Assembly (NCBI GenBank): GCA_022813865.1
Contig: JALDZX010000038.1
Coordinates: forward strand, 124,001-188,000
DNA length: 64,000 nt
Direction: 5' to 3'
Source of the DNA: Xylographa opegraphella
Taxonomy: Eukaryota
The position numbers were made by a program, and so were the translations under genes. The notes beneath the pieces were generated by a model that saw only the letters and a list, made by a program, of their open reading frames with translations, had not been told where the DNA came from and ran no database searches. The first letter of the stretch is position 1. The number at the start of each line of letters is the position of its first letter. This document shows positions 26,401 to 39,768 of the stretch, in pieces.

Positions 26401-28564
26401 GGAGAGAGATTTCGGCACTTTGATGGTGCCGGATAGCTTATCTACTTCACCCAGAATGGCTGCTAGCAGGAGGCTCTTGCCTGATCCTGTCTTTCCCGAT
26501 ATGACACTCAGTTCCTTTGGTGGAAATCGAATATTGATGTCTTTCAGCACGAACCTATCTGGGTCCTCTTCCTGTGAGTCTGAGGGCCAGGCTATACAGG
26601 CGTTCTCAAAGGAGACATGGTCTGAAGGTTCAGTGCACTCTATCTTTTCGGGAGCGTTGAGATATTGCTCAATCCGATTGACACTAACCCAAGCATCCAG
26701 AGCTTCCGTGGTTAATTCTGGCACGATTGCCAGAGTGCCTTCAATTTGTCCGAAGATTGCGATCGTCGTGAAAGCAATCGATGGAGACAAATCTCCGAAA
26801 AGATACGAATATACGGCCAGAGACACTGCGGACAGCATGACAGGCCCGAATATCCATAGGCATATTAAGCCAGTATCATATTTAAAGGCAACCCACTGGA
26901 CACCAAGTTCTTGGCTCCTCTTCGCACCAATTTTTGCTTGCCATTGTCGTTCCAAAGCGGAGAATTTAATCTGTCGAATGCCCTGCAGAGCTTCAGTAAC
27001 AACTGCCATTTTTTGATCTCGCAACTTCATAAGTTCTCCTTGAGCGCCGTTATATCTCTTTGAAAAGAAGACGTTGACTGGTACGGAGAGTGCGAATGTG
27101 GCCAGGCCCGCAAAAAGACTTCGACCACCGATCAAGGTGTATAAAAACCACATACTGACGATAAGTTTTGTTGCCACTCCAGGAAAGATGTAGGCATAGC
27201 TTGAGAAGTCGGACACTCTCTTGCTATCGACTCCGACTAGATTTATCGTACTTTGCCGCGACTTTTGCGAAGACCCCTCGTCGTCGTCGTCGTCTTCGCT
27301 TTCCTTCTCGGCGGTAGCGGCGGTATCTTCCCCGTTGGGTCCAGAGGCGTCATTGATAACGGGCTGATTGCCTGATTTGGCATCGATTGTCACTTGAAGT
27401 TTGGCTTTTTGAACACCTTTGACATCTTTTCGGCGCGTGGATTTCATGAATATCAGGGTCGAAAGCATTGCTCTGATAGGCAGGCCCAGGCGCGACCATA
27501 CTATCCAGAATAACCAGCTCTCCAAGAGTGATGTGATGAACATGAACAGTCCAAGGCCAAAAACCCAAGCCCACGCAACCGTGGCAACCTGGCTACCATC
27601 CGAGCGCTGTTCGAGGAGCTTAAGTAGGTTGAACATAGCATATTGCGGCCCGAACTGGGTAACGCCAATAGTAACGATCAGGATGAACTGCTGCACAAAT
27701 GCAAAGCGGAAGTTGTAGACAACCTGCCTCCAAAGACGACTCTCACTCTTATGGCTATTGAACCTTGCCTGTAAAAATTTGGCTCGCATAAACTGACTAA
27801 CCTTTGGTAAATCCTCCAGACCAAGGCTTTTGTTCTTCCTTGCAAAGTTGAGGATTGGATCAGCCCATGAAAAGGTGAAACGACTGAATGTAGAGACAGT
27901 GAATTCTGCGTCCACGGGTTGGCCATCAATAAAAAGGGCGGGTCGTCTCTGCACACTAAGGAACGACACAAGCGTCATGAGAGCAACTCCAAGCCGAGTC
28001 GCTGTCAGAGCAATATGTACAGTGTAAGGTGCGATCGAGTCTATCCGGGAGCGTAGGAAGGCATTCTCCACACATATAGCAACAATTATGAGAAGGGTCG
28101 CAACAGCTCCATATATACCGAGATTAAAGCGATCGAGCGAGCGGTGCACAAAGAACAAGTTCAACGACTGGAGGAGAAGGAGAGCCTGTATAAGCTGTCA
28201 ATAGACGAGACTCGGATGAAATGTATGTGGCTATGCCCACCCACGACCCGAAGGTAAGCCAACTCTCGACTTCAAGTACCCCTTCATGGCGAACGGTATT
28301 TAGTACCGCGGCAACGACGGAGAATAAGAAACCTATCACAGATCCAACCAGAGCGAAGGACCTGGGGATTATGGTAGAGAACTCTCGTTGGGAGTCTATG
28401 GTGGCAGCACCGTCGCCATCCTCGTACAAGACATCAACATCGTGGTAGCCAGAAGCCTTCCGTGGCCGTAATTTTCCGTAAATGGAGAGAACGGACGGTA
28501 TCGTGGTGAGGGCTACAACACCAAGGCCCACGGAACCCACAACGACTGAGGCGATTTCGGTCAT
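23491..28564 (-). CDS. ABCC/MRP-type ABC transporter (Ybt1/bile-acid transporter-like), 4 exons
   Basis: Two NBDs: GKTGSGKS + LSGGQ + LVLDD and GRTGAGKS + LSQGQ + VLDEATS; TMDs with [15 protein letters not shown]; start [10 protein letters not shown] at 28564. Confidence 0.92.
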
Positions 28565-29680
28565 GACTGAGGACACGCGGAACAGTCCATACTCCAAGAG
28601 AAGCGGAGGGTGATGATGGGAGAGGAGGAAGGTAGCCACTCCAGGAAGCCGGCCTGTTGGAGAGCGGTGAAGGCGAAAAGATGACCAGCGGGACAATGAG
28701 AACGAAAATTGAAATCGAGTCATCAGAATTTCGACAGAGCTTCGCGCATTGCGTCAATCGGGAAGGAACGATTGGCTCGCTTACTGGCGGGCACGTTCTC
28801 TATGTCTTATCGGAGCCCTTGCTGCATAAATGCGGGGGGAGAAGGAGGGTCGATTAAGGCTGTGGGTGGCTAAAATCGTCGTTCTCATGCCCACGCCCAC
28901 GCCCACGCCCACCTGCAATACCGAGCACGTCGACAGGGAGCTGATGGACCAATTTGACCAAGTCATCCTCAACCAACTCTTCCAGTCTGCAAGTCGTGCA
29001 GAATCATAACTTACTCTGCACCATCTAGGCCCAATGAGGGGTGCATATACGGAGGTACACACTGGATACTGACTCATCGATAAGAGCACTACTTCCTACC
29101 TCTTTCCTTCGCAGTTCGATTCTACGGTTGTAATCGGTGCTGCGCAGGTCGCAGGTCACGACGGGGAGTGACTACTGACGTGAAGCATGAGGTCCTTTCC
29201 CCAATGGGAAGGTAAAGTGGCAGCGGCACGACGGGAGTAATGACTCAATGACAGGGTCACAGCGGTCATGCATGCACATGGTCCGACCTCCATCTCGCAT
29301 ACGCCCATTGGAGGTCACCACAGCACCACAGCACCACAGTACGGAGGACGGAGCACGCAGTTAGTCACATATTCCTCGGACGGATGAATCCGACACTCTG
29401 AAGGGGATCGATTATTATTATCCGCATTGGACACTACATATGCTCTCTGATCCTAGTGTCCCGCCGTAAACCATGTGCTTGCATCGTCTCCATCCTGGCA
29501 CATCTCTCGCATCCGCTGCCCTGGTGACCATAAGAGATCGGCCATCGCACATGCGTGCGAAGGGGGTAAAGAAAACGGAAGCAACCGAGACCGCACTACG
29601 CAGCTGGGGTATACAAGCAGCCAGCTCCGTCTCCTTCGAAGCTCAACACCATCAACCGTCGACGTCCCGGCCGGGCAAGT

Positions 29681-31231
29681 TTATGCCTCGGTGGCCCGCT
29701 CCTCTTCTCGGCCGCGCGCCTCGCCGTTGGTCTGCCCATCCTCCTCCTCCTCTTCTTCCTCCTCTGCGCCGTCATCGTTGTATTCCCGGTGTGCTCCAGC
29801 CGGCACCCAGAGGCCACTCTCACGACTCTTCAGCGGCTCGTCCTGTCCGGCAAGGTCGACACCCTCCCCCTGATTGCGCTGGCGGTTCTGGTGACGGCGT
29901 TGAGACAGGGTTCGTGCACGCGTGCTCAGCTTGGAGGATACTGCGGCGTTGGCCTCGACCCAGTTGGTGAGAGCATCTTCGCAATCTTGGATGATACTGT
30001 GCAGGCATTAGCTTCGACACTGTTGTACATTGAAATGTTCTGAAGATCGATCTTACGCTTTACTGGCCTCGTAGCCATCGTAGGCGGTCCTGGTCTCACC
30101 AGGGGTCACCGGGGTGTCGTCAACGAGCTCCAGAAGGTGCTTTCCAAATCCAGCGATGATGGCAAGCTTTTCGCTGTGCTCGCGGAGAGCATCGAATTGG
30201 TAGGTGAATGCAGCCTTGAGCTTTTCACGCGTGATGTTGGATAGCTGAGCCTCGGCGACGAGCGACTCGGCCTCAGCACGGACGAGCTCTTGCTCGAGAA
30301 CAACGATACGTGGGCTGTTCGGCTCCTTGTATTTAAGCTGCGCAATCTGGTCGGTAATCTTCTGCTTGCCTAGCAACACCGTCGTTAGTGAAGTTCCGAT
30401 TAAAAACAGCCCACAGACTCACGGTCTCTGCTAGGCTGAACGGAAGCTTCAATGTTGCGAATGCTCTTAATTGTGACACGGTACTGATCGTAACGGTCTA
30501 CAAACTGGTCCTCGAGCTCGCCAATTTCGTAAATTAGAACACCAAGCTTATCAGTCACATCTGAAACATCATCATCACAACCTTCACCCCAAAGGGAAAG
30601 TTGTTGCTAACACCAATTGTTAGTGGGGATCATCACGTGGCTTCTGGCGGGGGTGCCACAAACCGCGACTTCCATTCTCTCCCTTCCCACAAGCTCCATG
30701 CTGCGCATAACGTTCTTCTCCATCTTCACTAGCTGGGAAAGCTTCTTGGCCAGGTCAGGGCCAAAGGCGCCAGCGGTGGATTTGCGGAAGGCATGACCTG
30801 CACCACCTTAATGAGAAACGATGTTAGCTACGAAATCATTTGCGACGGAACCGAAGAGCGACGATGCTTCGCATCAGGTTTAGAAATAACGAAGCCTAGT
30901 CCAAAGCCCGACAATGATAGAAAAGAACAAAATATACTGCTGTCAAGGTGCGTTGTTGCGACATGGAGGGCTTTCATTTCTCAGATCAAGGAAATCCTCC
31001 AATCGAGAGACGCGCGTTCAAACAAATTGACGACGTGAGACTTTCATGTTCGATATGTAGGGAATATTGCCTGGGTAATTCATCGCTACTTCTGCCATCA
31101 CGAGAATACTCACCAAGACCCGCTTTGCCAAAGAATCGACCAGACTTGGTGGAGGAAGTGGGCGGAGGTGGGTTCTGAATCTGGCTCGCAGTCGGGGCGC
31201 GCGACTGGCGCATGCTGTATGTGCGATGCAT
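29681..31231 (-). CDS. PIL1: Eisosome BAR-domain protein Pil1/PilA
   Basis: MHRTYSMRQSRAPTASQIQNPPPP, GAFGPDLAKKLSQLVKMEKN, LEQELVRAEAESLVAEAQLSNITR, LVDDTPVTPGE; acidic tail ends at TAA 29683-29681. Confidence 0.93.
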
Positions 31232-32178
31232 GGTGGCGGTTGATGTAGAGTTTAAAGTGTCCTAAGTATGGTAGATTTGATGATTACGGATGATAATAAA
31301 TGTTGATGGTGGTGACTCGGTATGTGAGAGAAGAGAATTCTGTTTGTTTGTGAAGGGACAGCTTCCAAAGAACAAGTTAAGCACATCTACGTCATTCGTG
31401 ACGCTAGTCCCGGACCCTGGATCGTAGCCTTTGGCGAAATGATCCTTGCTGATTGGCCAAACCGGTTTCAGACAATGCCCATTTCAATGTATGCTAGTCT
31501 CGATCAGAACACCCTCACAGCGGACAGAGCGGAGGCTGCTTGACTCGCATGATATTGCACGGACGAGGGTTGCCGGATCAACGGCTACGTCATCAATCAC
31601 TCGACTGGGCTCCCACAGAAATCCTGGAACTTTCGACGTGCTGCGCCCGAGCTGTTCCACAAGCGGAGGCAACACCGATATTGCAATTTGTTAGAGGCTT
31701 GGATCGAGCTTCAATAACCTTAGTAAACATGGTCGCTCATGGCTCTACAATATTGACATTACGGAGTATAGTATATGCAGTATTCTTATGACTCGAGCAA
31801 TCGACAGTGTCGATTTCGTGTATGTGTATCACCAAGACGTTGTCCAATTGTCCATCCCAGGACCAAGGGGCATTCCGAGATACAACTAAAAATATTGTCG
31901 AGGGTTCGAGGCTATCGAGGTTCAGCTGCGCTGGTCTGCCAGTCTCGGAGAAACTGAGAAAGTCGTAGCACTGGAGCACCTCCCAATTCCTATGTGGTCA
32001 ATTTATGCTGATCGTGAAGCTGACTCGAATTCTCTCTATATCGGAGCTGATGTTGAGGGTTTATTGTAGTCCCTCTGATGATCATTAATTCACTGAGATC
32101 TGATATCCTGTTTCAGGGTAGTGAAGAGCGACCCATAGCTATCGAGCGAGCATGTGTCCTCTGTTCTGGTCCGGTAGA

Positions 32179-33191
32179 TCAGTAGCTTTCCACCACTTCG
32201 TAAGGTCTATCCTCTGGGACCCATCCTTTCGGTCTCTCCCTTCCCCTGATGATCATTCCATATGCTGCATTTTCCACCTTTTCTACACATGTCCGCATCA
32301 CCTCCATCTTCTTCTCGACATCCCGTCCCAGCGGTCCACCGCGCATGTCCATTCCCTCAAACCGCATCCTGAGCTCTCGTAGATCTTGTATCACATCCCT
32401 CTTCTGAGGACCTCCCAAAGCTTCAATTTCGCCTCCATTCTGCACCTCATCACTTCTGGAGCCACCACCGGGCAGCTTCCCTCCCGTTGCTATCCCCGTG
32501 ATTGTAAATCGCATTAGCTCTCCTACCAAGTCAAACAGGCCCAGAACGTAATCATCTTCCATCAATACCACCCCCTCTGGCATTAAGCTTTGCGTTTCTT
32601 CCAATGTGATCAGGCGCTGGGTGGTTAAATAGTGTTGGAACGAGACGGCTTCCACAAACTCCTGCACTCCCGGCGAAACTTGACGTTGATAGCGCCAAAC
32701 ATTGGGTCCTTGCAGATCCGGGATAACAGAGGAAAAGAGCTCAGTGATATTAGCTAAGCGTGTGGAAATGTCTCCGACGATGGAGGACGGTAGCGGAGCA
32801 GGAACATCGCGTGCTCTGTGAGCAGCTTGTATCGGTACTACTATTGATAACACTTCGGAGTTGGGGCCTCACCGCTGTAGCGAAAATATCCTGACAAGTG
32901 TGAGCAGACCTGGGCATCAGGGGGCTGCGGGCCCTTTGTGGGAGCAGGTTCTCACATCTTCTTGCTGAGGGCTGTGATGTCGCGGGACGCTTTGATAACG
33001 CGCTCGCGACGGTCGTGGTGCTCGTCGAGCTCTGCGCGGAAAGTGGAGAACATTGATGTGATAGCGGAGGTGGGATCCGAGGCGGTCATTGGTAGGGAGG
33101 TGCGGGGAGGCATCTGAGGTGCAGGTCTTGTCGTGGACATGGAGTTGTTGCGGGGGGACTCGCGTGGCGAAGAGGAGGCGCGACGCTTCAT
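32179..33191 (-). CDS. TSNAX: Translin-associated factor X (TRAX, catalytic subunit of C3PO)
   Basis: ELDEHHDRRERVIKASRDITALSKK, PGVQEFVEA, DYVLGLFDLVGELMR, SCVEKVEN-like TCVEKVENAAY, RGRERPKGW; start codon uncertain. Confidence 0.85.
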
Positions 33192-33465
33192 GCTTTGTTG
33201 TGGGCTGTAACTGGTTGGGAATATTTGGGGTGACAGCTGCGGTGGATATATATGCAATTTGGAATGGCGGAAACTATTTTCACCGTTACATCACAACCGA
33301 TAGATTTAATGGCGGTATAAACCATAGCTGAATATCATATCAAACATGGTAATCAGGTAGTCGTCATTTGAAAATTGTGGCTATCTGGAGATCACATTGT
33401 TCGGAGTTTTCTATACAAGTATCCTGGGAACAAAGAGGCAGCTGCCACCGAAAATTGAGCGTCTT

Positions 33466-34896
33466 TTACCGGGCGACTCCATCTGAAAGGCTCTGGTCAA
33501 CCTTTGACTCTTGGGCTCCCAACTTTTCGTCCTCCGACCTATTTGCAAACATAACGTTCACAGGCCGCTTTCCCACATCGCTGATGATAATTCCTAGAAT
33601 CCATATATTTACAGCATAGAATAGCAGCCCGCTTCCCCACAGACCTGGTACGAATGTGCTGTGGCCAAGAAACTCGAGTTCATAACCCTGCCAGAGCCAG
33701 AGAGCTTGAGCGCCAACCCAAAGAGCTCCAGCCGTAATGCCGAGGTATGGCTTCGAGAGAAGCGAGGAATTGGGAAGATATATTGGGACGAGCACGAGAA
33801 ACCAGATGAAATACTGTTAGTTCAGATGATTAGCGGTTGTCAGGAAGCGCTAACAAAAATCAAAGAGGCTCTATATGAATGTGGCTACGGTTCGTGACAA
33901 TATTTATAGACGTACCTGTGACGTACAGACTTTGTTTAGAGCCACGAAGGCGAAAGTCTGTGCAAGCATTGTACCCGGAAGATCAAGCTTTGCAAGCATG
34001 AGAGGTATCAGGACAGCGCTGAGGAGCAGCTGAGGTACGAAAGCTATAGATTCAAAATGGAATGTACTTGCCGCGGTAGGTGATGAGGAGGAGAGATATA
34101 GTAGAATGTTGTATGGAGAGAAATTATGACGATGATCGATGCGGGTGACGTGGTGAAGGTATGTATGCTGGAGGAAAGGGTAACCGTACAACATATACAT
34201 GGCGAGGTTGAGCCCAGCAAATGTTAAGAGGGAGAAGGTTGTGATGGCTATGTTATCGTTCGAGAAAAAGGGAACAACGTATTTGGCAAATATTGTTGCA
34301 CTTCCTTTCCTGGCCACTGGGTCCGAAGAGAGGTAGAGAAGAATTGCTGGAGCATAAATGAAAGGATATATTTTGAAGTGCACAGCAAGCCCCAGAAGCA
34401 CACCGGCCAATTTGATGTGCCGATTTATGATTGCCCATAGAAGTGAAATAACCATGATTCCCAACAAACCCTCGGAGCTCCCTCTCGTGCTAATCGTCGC
34501 TACCATAGGATTGAGCAGCCAAATGCTCGCATATTTCAAGCTGTTCTGTGTACTCATGTTTCGACCAGCTTTGGAGCGTAGAATCAGAACAAGAAGCCAG
34601 CCGGTTAAGATGTCGGCAGTCGCGAAAACACCCTTTCCGAAAGAGAACCATGCAGTTCCAGACCATGTCGTTGGAATAAGCAACCATGCTAGAAGTGGTG
34701 TGTAACGGTATGTTTCTCGGTCATAAGGGGAACGGCCCCAACCAACGAATCGAGCAGCATCCGTAAAGACGAAGTAGTCGATATCAGTGTATTTGAGCGG
34801 CGAGTAAGCATCCTGAAAAAGACCGTAGCAGAATAATACAACGCGCAGGAAAACTGCACCCCCAAAGACCAGCGACGGTGTCCACAACGACCGCAT
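33466..34896 (-). CDS. GPI14: GPI mannosyltransferase I (PIG-M)
   Basis: KYTDIDYFVFTDAA, ETYRYTPLLAW, ISTRGSSE, AVHFKIYP, RIDHRHNFS, NKVCTSQ|YFIW; one intron near 33820-33915. Confidence 0.93.
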
Positions 34897-35626
34897 GTTA
34901 GACAAATCAATATTTTACCGTGGCAGGGAACGCAATCGCATTGTTGACATAGTACCTTCTGCCCGTTGAGAACTACAGTATCCCAGTTCCTGCAAGAAGG
35001 GGGATATCTGGTGTTGTAGAATAGAAGTTTGGATCATTCAGGTTAGCACACATCCACTAGGAGGAAATTAGTTATCCTAGTTACGAATATTTTTCACTAA
35101 ACATAATGTTGTTTATGCATAACTTTTCGGGTCAATAGTTGGTACACGTTCGACTGACGACTTGTTATGAGTTTGCGTTGCTAAGGCTCTAATTATGGTG
35201 GACTCTCCCATCCGATGTTCACCAACAATACACTTCTCGAACTCAACGACCCAGACCTCGTTCTGTGAAAGTGCTTGAGAAGTGCAAAAGTCAAAATTAT
35301 GTCCGTACAAGTCTTGTAGTCGAATAGCTAATGAAGTTCCAGCAATCCGTAAATACGAAAATCCTCGCAGTTCAATCACCCATGAGCAATCATTGATATA
35401 AGCACATCTTCGGCACAGCCACAGCCACGATGTGTAGAGACTGGGCTGCAATTTGACATCCGTGCTAAAGACCCAGAGCACATAGCGGTTTGCCCTACCC
35501 AGAAAGCTTTGTCGTGAGAGTAAGGCAATCGGAATCCAGTTTCTGAAATGTCTCATCAAATGCAGAGGACATCACGCTTGCTAGCAAATAGTAATACATA
35601 TATGTACAGATGGGAGAAAGTGTGTA

Positions 35627-37284
35627 CTAGAGTTCTCCATGATCATACCTCCGAATGGCCTCTTTTGCTTCCATGGGACTGCCTCTCCCAAGGTTGCCTC
35701 TCATTAATTCGGCAATCGCTACATCGAATCGGGCACCGAAGATATACGCTATCCAAATCTAAAAAGTGGAGTTATCAGCCAGGACAGAAACCAACTTCAA
35801 GTCTCACGACACTTACCATGATGGCAGTCAGGAAGAGAAGACTTCCAATGACAGCAACGAATAGGTAGACTGTAGTGATATGTTAGTATTGACTAAATTC
35901 AAGGGTACAAAGACTATGCCCTACTTGTATCCTGTTTTGCTTGCTGGGCTTTGACCATGTCCACTGGAGATTTCTCAGTGCTTGCCTGGGTCGCCCGTAG
36001 TTGTGCAATAGCCTTTGGATCTTGTGTAGGATAGAGCGATTCGATGAATTGTTCGATCTGATTGAATATCAGCATCCTAGCGCTACATACACTAACGGAG
36101 CAATACCTTGCCACAAGCAATACTAATCTTGAGGAAATTTGGGTCCTTAGGGGTGTTCTTTCTATGTATCTTCTTCGCAAACTTTCTGAATACTTCACAG
36201 AGTATTTGGTGGTTTTGAGTGGATTCAATCATGATTTGACATGCTTGACCCTTGGTGATCTTGACGTTGCGTCGAAAGATCTTTGGATTCCGGAAGACTA
36301 CCTCTAAGGTAGCTATTGCCATTGCTTGGGGAATCGCAGCAAAGTTGAACACACTCTGTTCCTTCAGGCCGGCAAGGTAGAACATACATTCGTCCGCATG
36401 AGTCATGGCATTCAGCACCATCTCGGAGCTGCAGTTCATCGCGACATCTATGTTCTCTGGCTTGAAAAGGTCTTCGAATTTGTCTACATATTTTGACCAA
36501 ATCTCTTTCGGCCAGAACCTTCTTTTGTCCTCGAAATCCTCACGCACATCACGTATGATGTTTGTCTTCTGAAGGAACAATCCCATTGACTCCTGGAGAT
36601 ATTGTCGTTCGAGTAGCACAGGGTTCGCAAGCTTGCTCTCCACGAATAGTTTGGTTAAACCTTCTCCCACAAGACCTGCAACGTAATGGCAGTACATGTT
36701 ATAGTCTTCGATAGTGTTGACTCCGTTCGCGTTATGCTCGGCATTATTCGCATAGTCAGCCATACCGCGTCCCATGTTTTGAGTAATGTCTTTGATGATT
36801 GCACGATAAGCTGGTTGTATCTTCTTGAACTCGGTAATCACGTTCGGAAATTGCACCAATAACTCCCTATCTTTCTCATTAGGGCCATTCCCGTCAAAAT
36901 TCCAACCATCCTTTTCGAGAATATTGTGGAAGTTCCTCAGAAGCGCCTCCTTTTTGTCCAGTGGTATGGTCATATCATCTTCAATAGTGTCCAGTCCTCG
37001 AAGAATGAGATAGAATAATGCAACGGGAACGAGTAACTCTGGATGAAGTTCTTGAATCACGGCACTAAAGCTCCTACTTGTCTCGATGAGGAACTTGAAG
37101 CAGATCTGCAAAGAAGGATCCTCTTTTGTCTCATCCCGCTCGTGTACTGGGTCGTGCCATGTATACCTGGGGCATTCTTAGCTGCATACACGTGAGATCA
37201 GAATTTGACTTACCACTGTGCTATAGACTTGAACTCGTTTATGTGTATGGTGTAATAAAGGATGTCAGTTAATTTGAACCCCAT
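35627..37284 (-). CDS. ERG9: Squalene synthase, 5 exons
   Basis: [53 protein letters not shown]-terminal TM segment, ends ...HGEL-stop. Confidence 0.95.
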
Positions 37285-37372
37285 CTTGTTGAATGTATCT
37301 CTACGTGATCTTTGAGCTAATTGAGGATGTCACCAATGATCTTCAAGTTGTTAATGACAAATTGCTTTTTGA

Positions 37373-37382
37373 ATCATGCGAT
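37373..37382. promoter_or_regulatory. Candidate sterol-regulatory element (SREBP/SrbA-type) upstream of ERG9
   Basis: ATCATGCGAT about 90 bp upstream of the ERG9 ATG; resembles the fungal SRE pattern ATCRTACGAT as recalled. Confidence 0.4.
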
Positions 37383-37752
37383 AGTGACAGAACTTTGACG
37401 GTAGATCGTTTTATGTACAGTTGCGTAGAAGTGGGAGATCGGGACGTGGGAAATATTACTGGACCGCGTCCTGATGTTAGCTCTGTCAGTCGCATTTTCT
37501 TGGTCGTGGAAGCTTAGGTAGTACCCCGGCTCACAATCCCTGATTGCGGGGCCGGGATTAAGTAGCATCCGCCCGACCTGTCAGCCTTATTTGGGATGAT
37601 ATTGTACAATCACAAGCCTTTAATAACGTGCAGTGGCATATCTCAGGAAGCACTCATCCTTTTTTGAGCAGAGAGGCCTGTAGTGGCTACCACTGCATTT
37701 ATTATTCACAAGCATCTCAATACTGTAACAGCTGATCGCCAGTCTGCAGAAG

Positions 37753-39360
37753 ATGGTTGTCGACACAACGTATTATGACGCTTTAGGCGTCAGGCCTACA
37801 GCTTCTGAGTTGGATATTAAGAAAGCATACAGGAAACTAGCTATCACTACCCATCCTGACAAGAACCCTGGAGACGAGACAGCACATGCTCGCTTTCAAG
37901 CTATAGGCGAGGCTTATCAAGTCCTTAGCAATGACGAGTTACGGAAACGATATGACAAATTTGGAAAAGAGCAAGCTATGCCAGGAGGAGGGTTTGAGGA
38001 TCCTGCCGAGTTCTTTACCATGATATTTGGCGGAGAAGCTTTTGTGGACCTTATAGGAGAGATCTCATTGATGAAGGATTTGACGAAAACGATGGACATC
38101 ACAATGAGGCAGATGGAAGAGGAGGATGCTGCCGAGTCAGCGGAACTGAAGATGGAGGCAAAGGATAAGGATAACGCAGCTAAGAGTAGTGCAACACCTT
38201 CAACGAGCACAGTACCATCTACTCCAGGCGTAATACCTCCCACTCCATTCGTTGCCGAAGAGAGAACAGCGCATACACCTACGACCAGCTCTTCCTTGCC
38301 TTATAGTCCTACTTCCGACCTCAAGCCACCCCGCAATGACAGTGCCGCCTCTTCGTCTGGGGCCTCAACCCCGCGCCGGCAGCTGGGCCAGCAGGCACTG
38401 ATGGATAGATCAGAGGAAGACGCTCGTATGGATGCAGCAGGCTTGACAACAGAAGAAAAGGAGTTGCGTAAGAAGGACAAGAAGAAAGGGCTTTCGAAGG
38501 AGCAGAGGGAAGAGCTAGCTGCATACGAAGCCGAGAGGAAGCGCATACGTGACGAGAGGGTGGAGACTCTTGCAAAGAAGCTTCTCGACCGAATAAGTAT
38601 ATGGACGGAAACAGACAAGGGTAACGATGTTACGAAGGCGTTCCAGGAGAAAACGCGACTGGAGGTGGAAAACTTGAAAATGGAGTCGTTTGGGTTGGAG
38701 ATTCTCCATGCCGTTGGCAACACATATCTGCAGAAAGCCACGTCTTTTCTCAAGTCTCAGAAATTTCTCGGCATTTCGGGGTTCTTTTCGAGATTGAAGG
38801 ACAAAGGCACCTTGGCAAAGGACACTTGGGCCACGATATCGACGGCTCTCGATGCTCAAATGACAATGGAGGAGATGGCCAAGATGGAAGAAAAGGGTGG
38901 AGAAGATTGGACGGATGAGAAAAAGGCAGAGTACGAGAAGCGGGTCACGGGAAAAATCCTTGCTGCTGCATGGAAGGGTAGTAGATATGAAATACAAGGA
39001 GTGCTGCGCGATGTTTGCGACAAGGTTCTGAATGACAAGAATGTGAAAATGGAGAAGCGAATTGAGAGGGCACATGCATTAGTCCTTTGTGGCACAGTCT
39101 ATCAAAAAGTAAGCACAACCAATAATCATTTTGTCACCTTGCTGAACCTAATATAGGCTCACCGAGATCCCGAGGAAGAGGGTGATTACATGGCATTCGA
39201 GCAGCTCATGGCCGAAGCAGCCGCAAAGAAGGGCAAGGATGACAAGAAAGATGGCAAGAAAGGAAAGAAAGAAGAAGCAAAGAAAGAGGAATCGACGCCA
39301 ACATCCTCGAGTCAACATTCGTCTCACATGCATCACAAGCAGAAAGAAGGGCCTTCATAG
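37753..39360 (+). CDS. DJP1: J-domain protein with DnaJ-X domain (Djp1/Caj1-like)
   Basis: YYDALGV...IKKAYRKLA...HPDKN; LKMESFGLEILHAVG; EIQGVLRDVCDKVL; one intron about 39109-39157; stop 39358-39360. Confidence 0.85.
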
Positions 39361-39768
39361 AATAAGCTCTGCAGTACCATCTCATGTTCGTCATACAAAA
39401 TGCTTAGTCAACTTCATTTATAGCGTACGCGATAGATGGCCGAGCTGTAGAAATCTAGAGGAAACAGCGACCCCAGTGAATTGCATGATACGGAGGGATT
39501 TTCATGACAGTATGTAGTCTCCTTTGACGTTACTCATGTGCTCGTTATGTAAAGACAGCGATTTTACCCCGTTTCAGTATTGTACAAAAGCAATCTGATG
39601 TCGAGCTCATCTTTTGCCCTTGACTCCCATGAGTTCTCCGCCTAAGAGCTTAATTAACTCGTCCCCAACGCCAACATCCCTAATTGCATCTACGTGCCCC
39701 AGCACGAATCGTGACTCAAGTCGTGTATATCCATAATCTCTCCACGGTATCATCACGCTCCGGCCATA

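Noticed and set aside
35113..35559. 148-aa minus-strand ORF between GPI14 and ERG9
   Set aside because: No recognisable motif; consistent with a chance ORF in 3' UTR or promoter sequence
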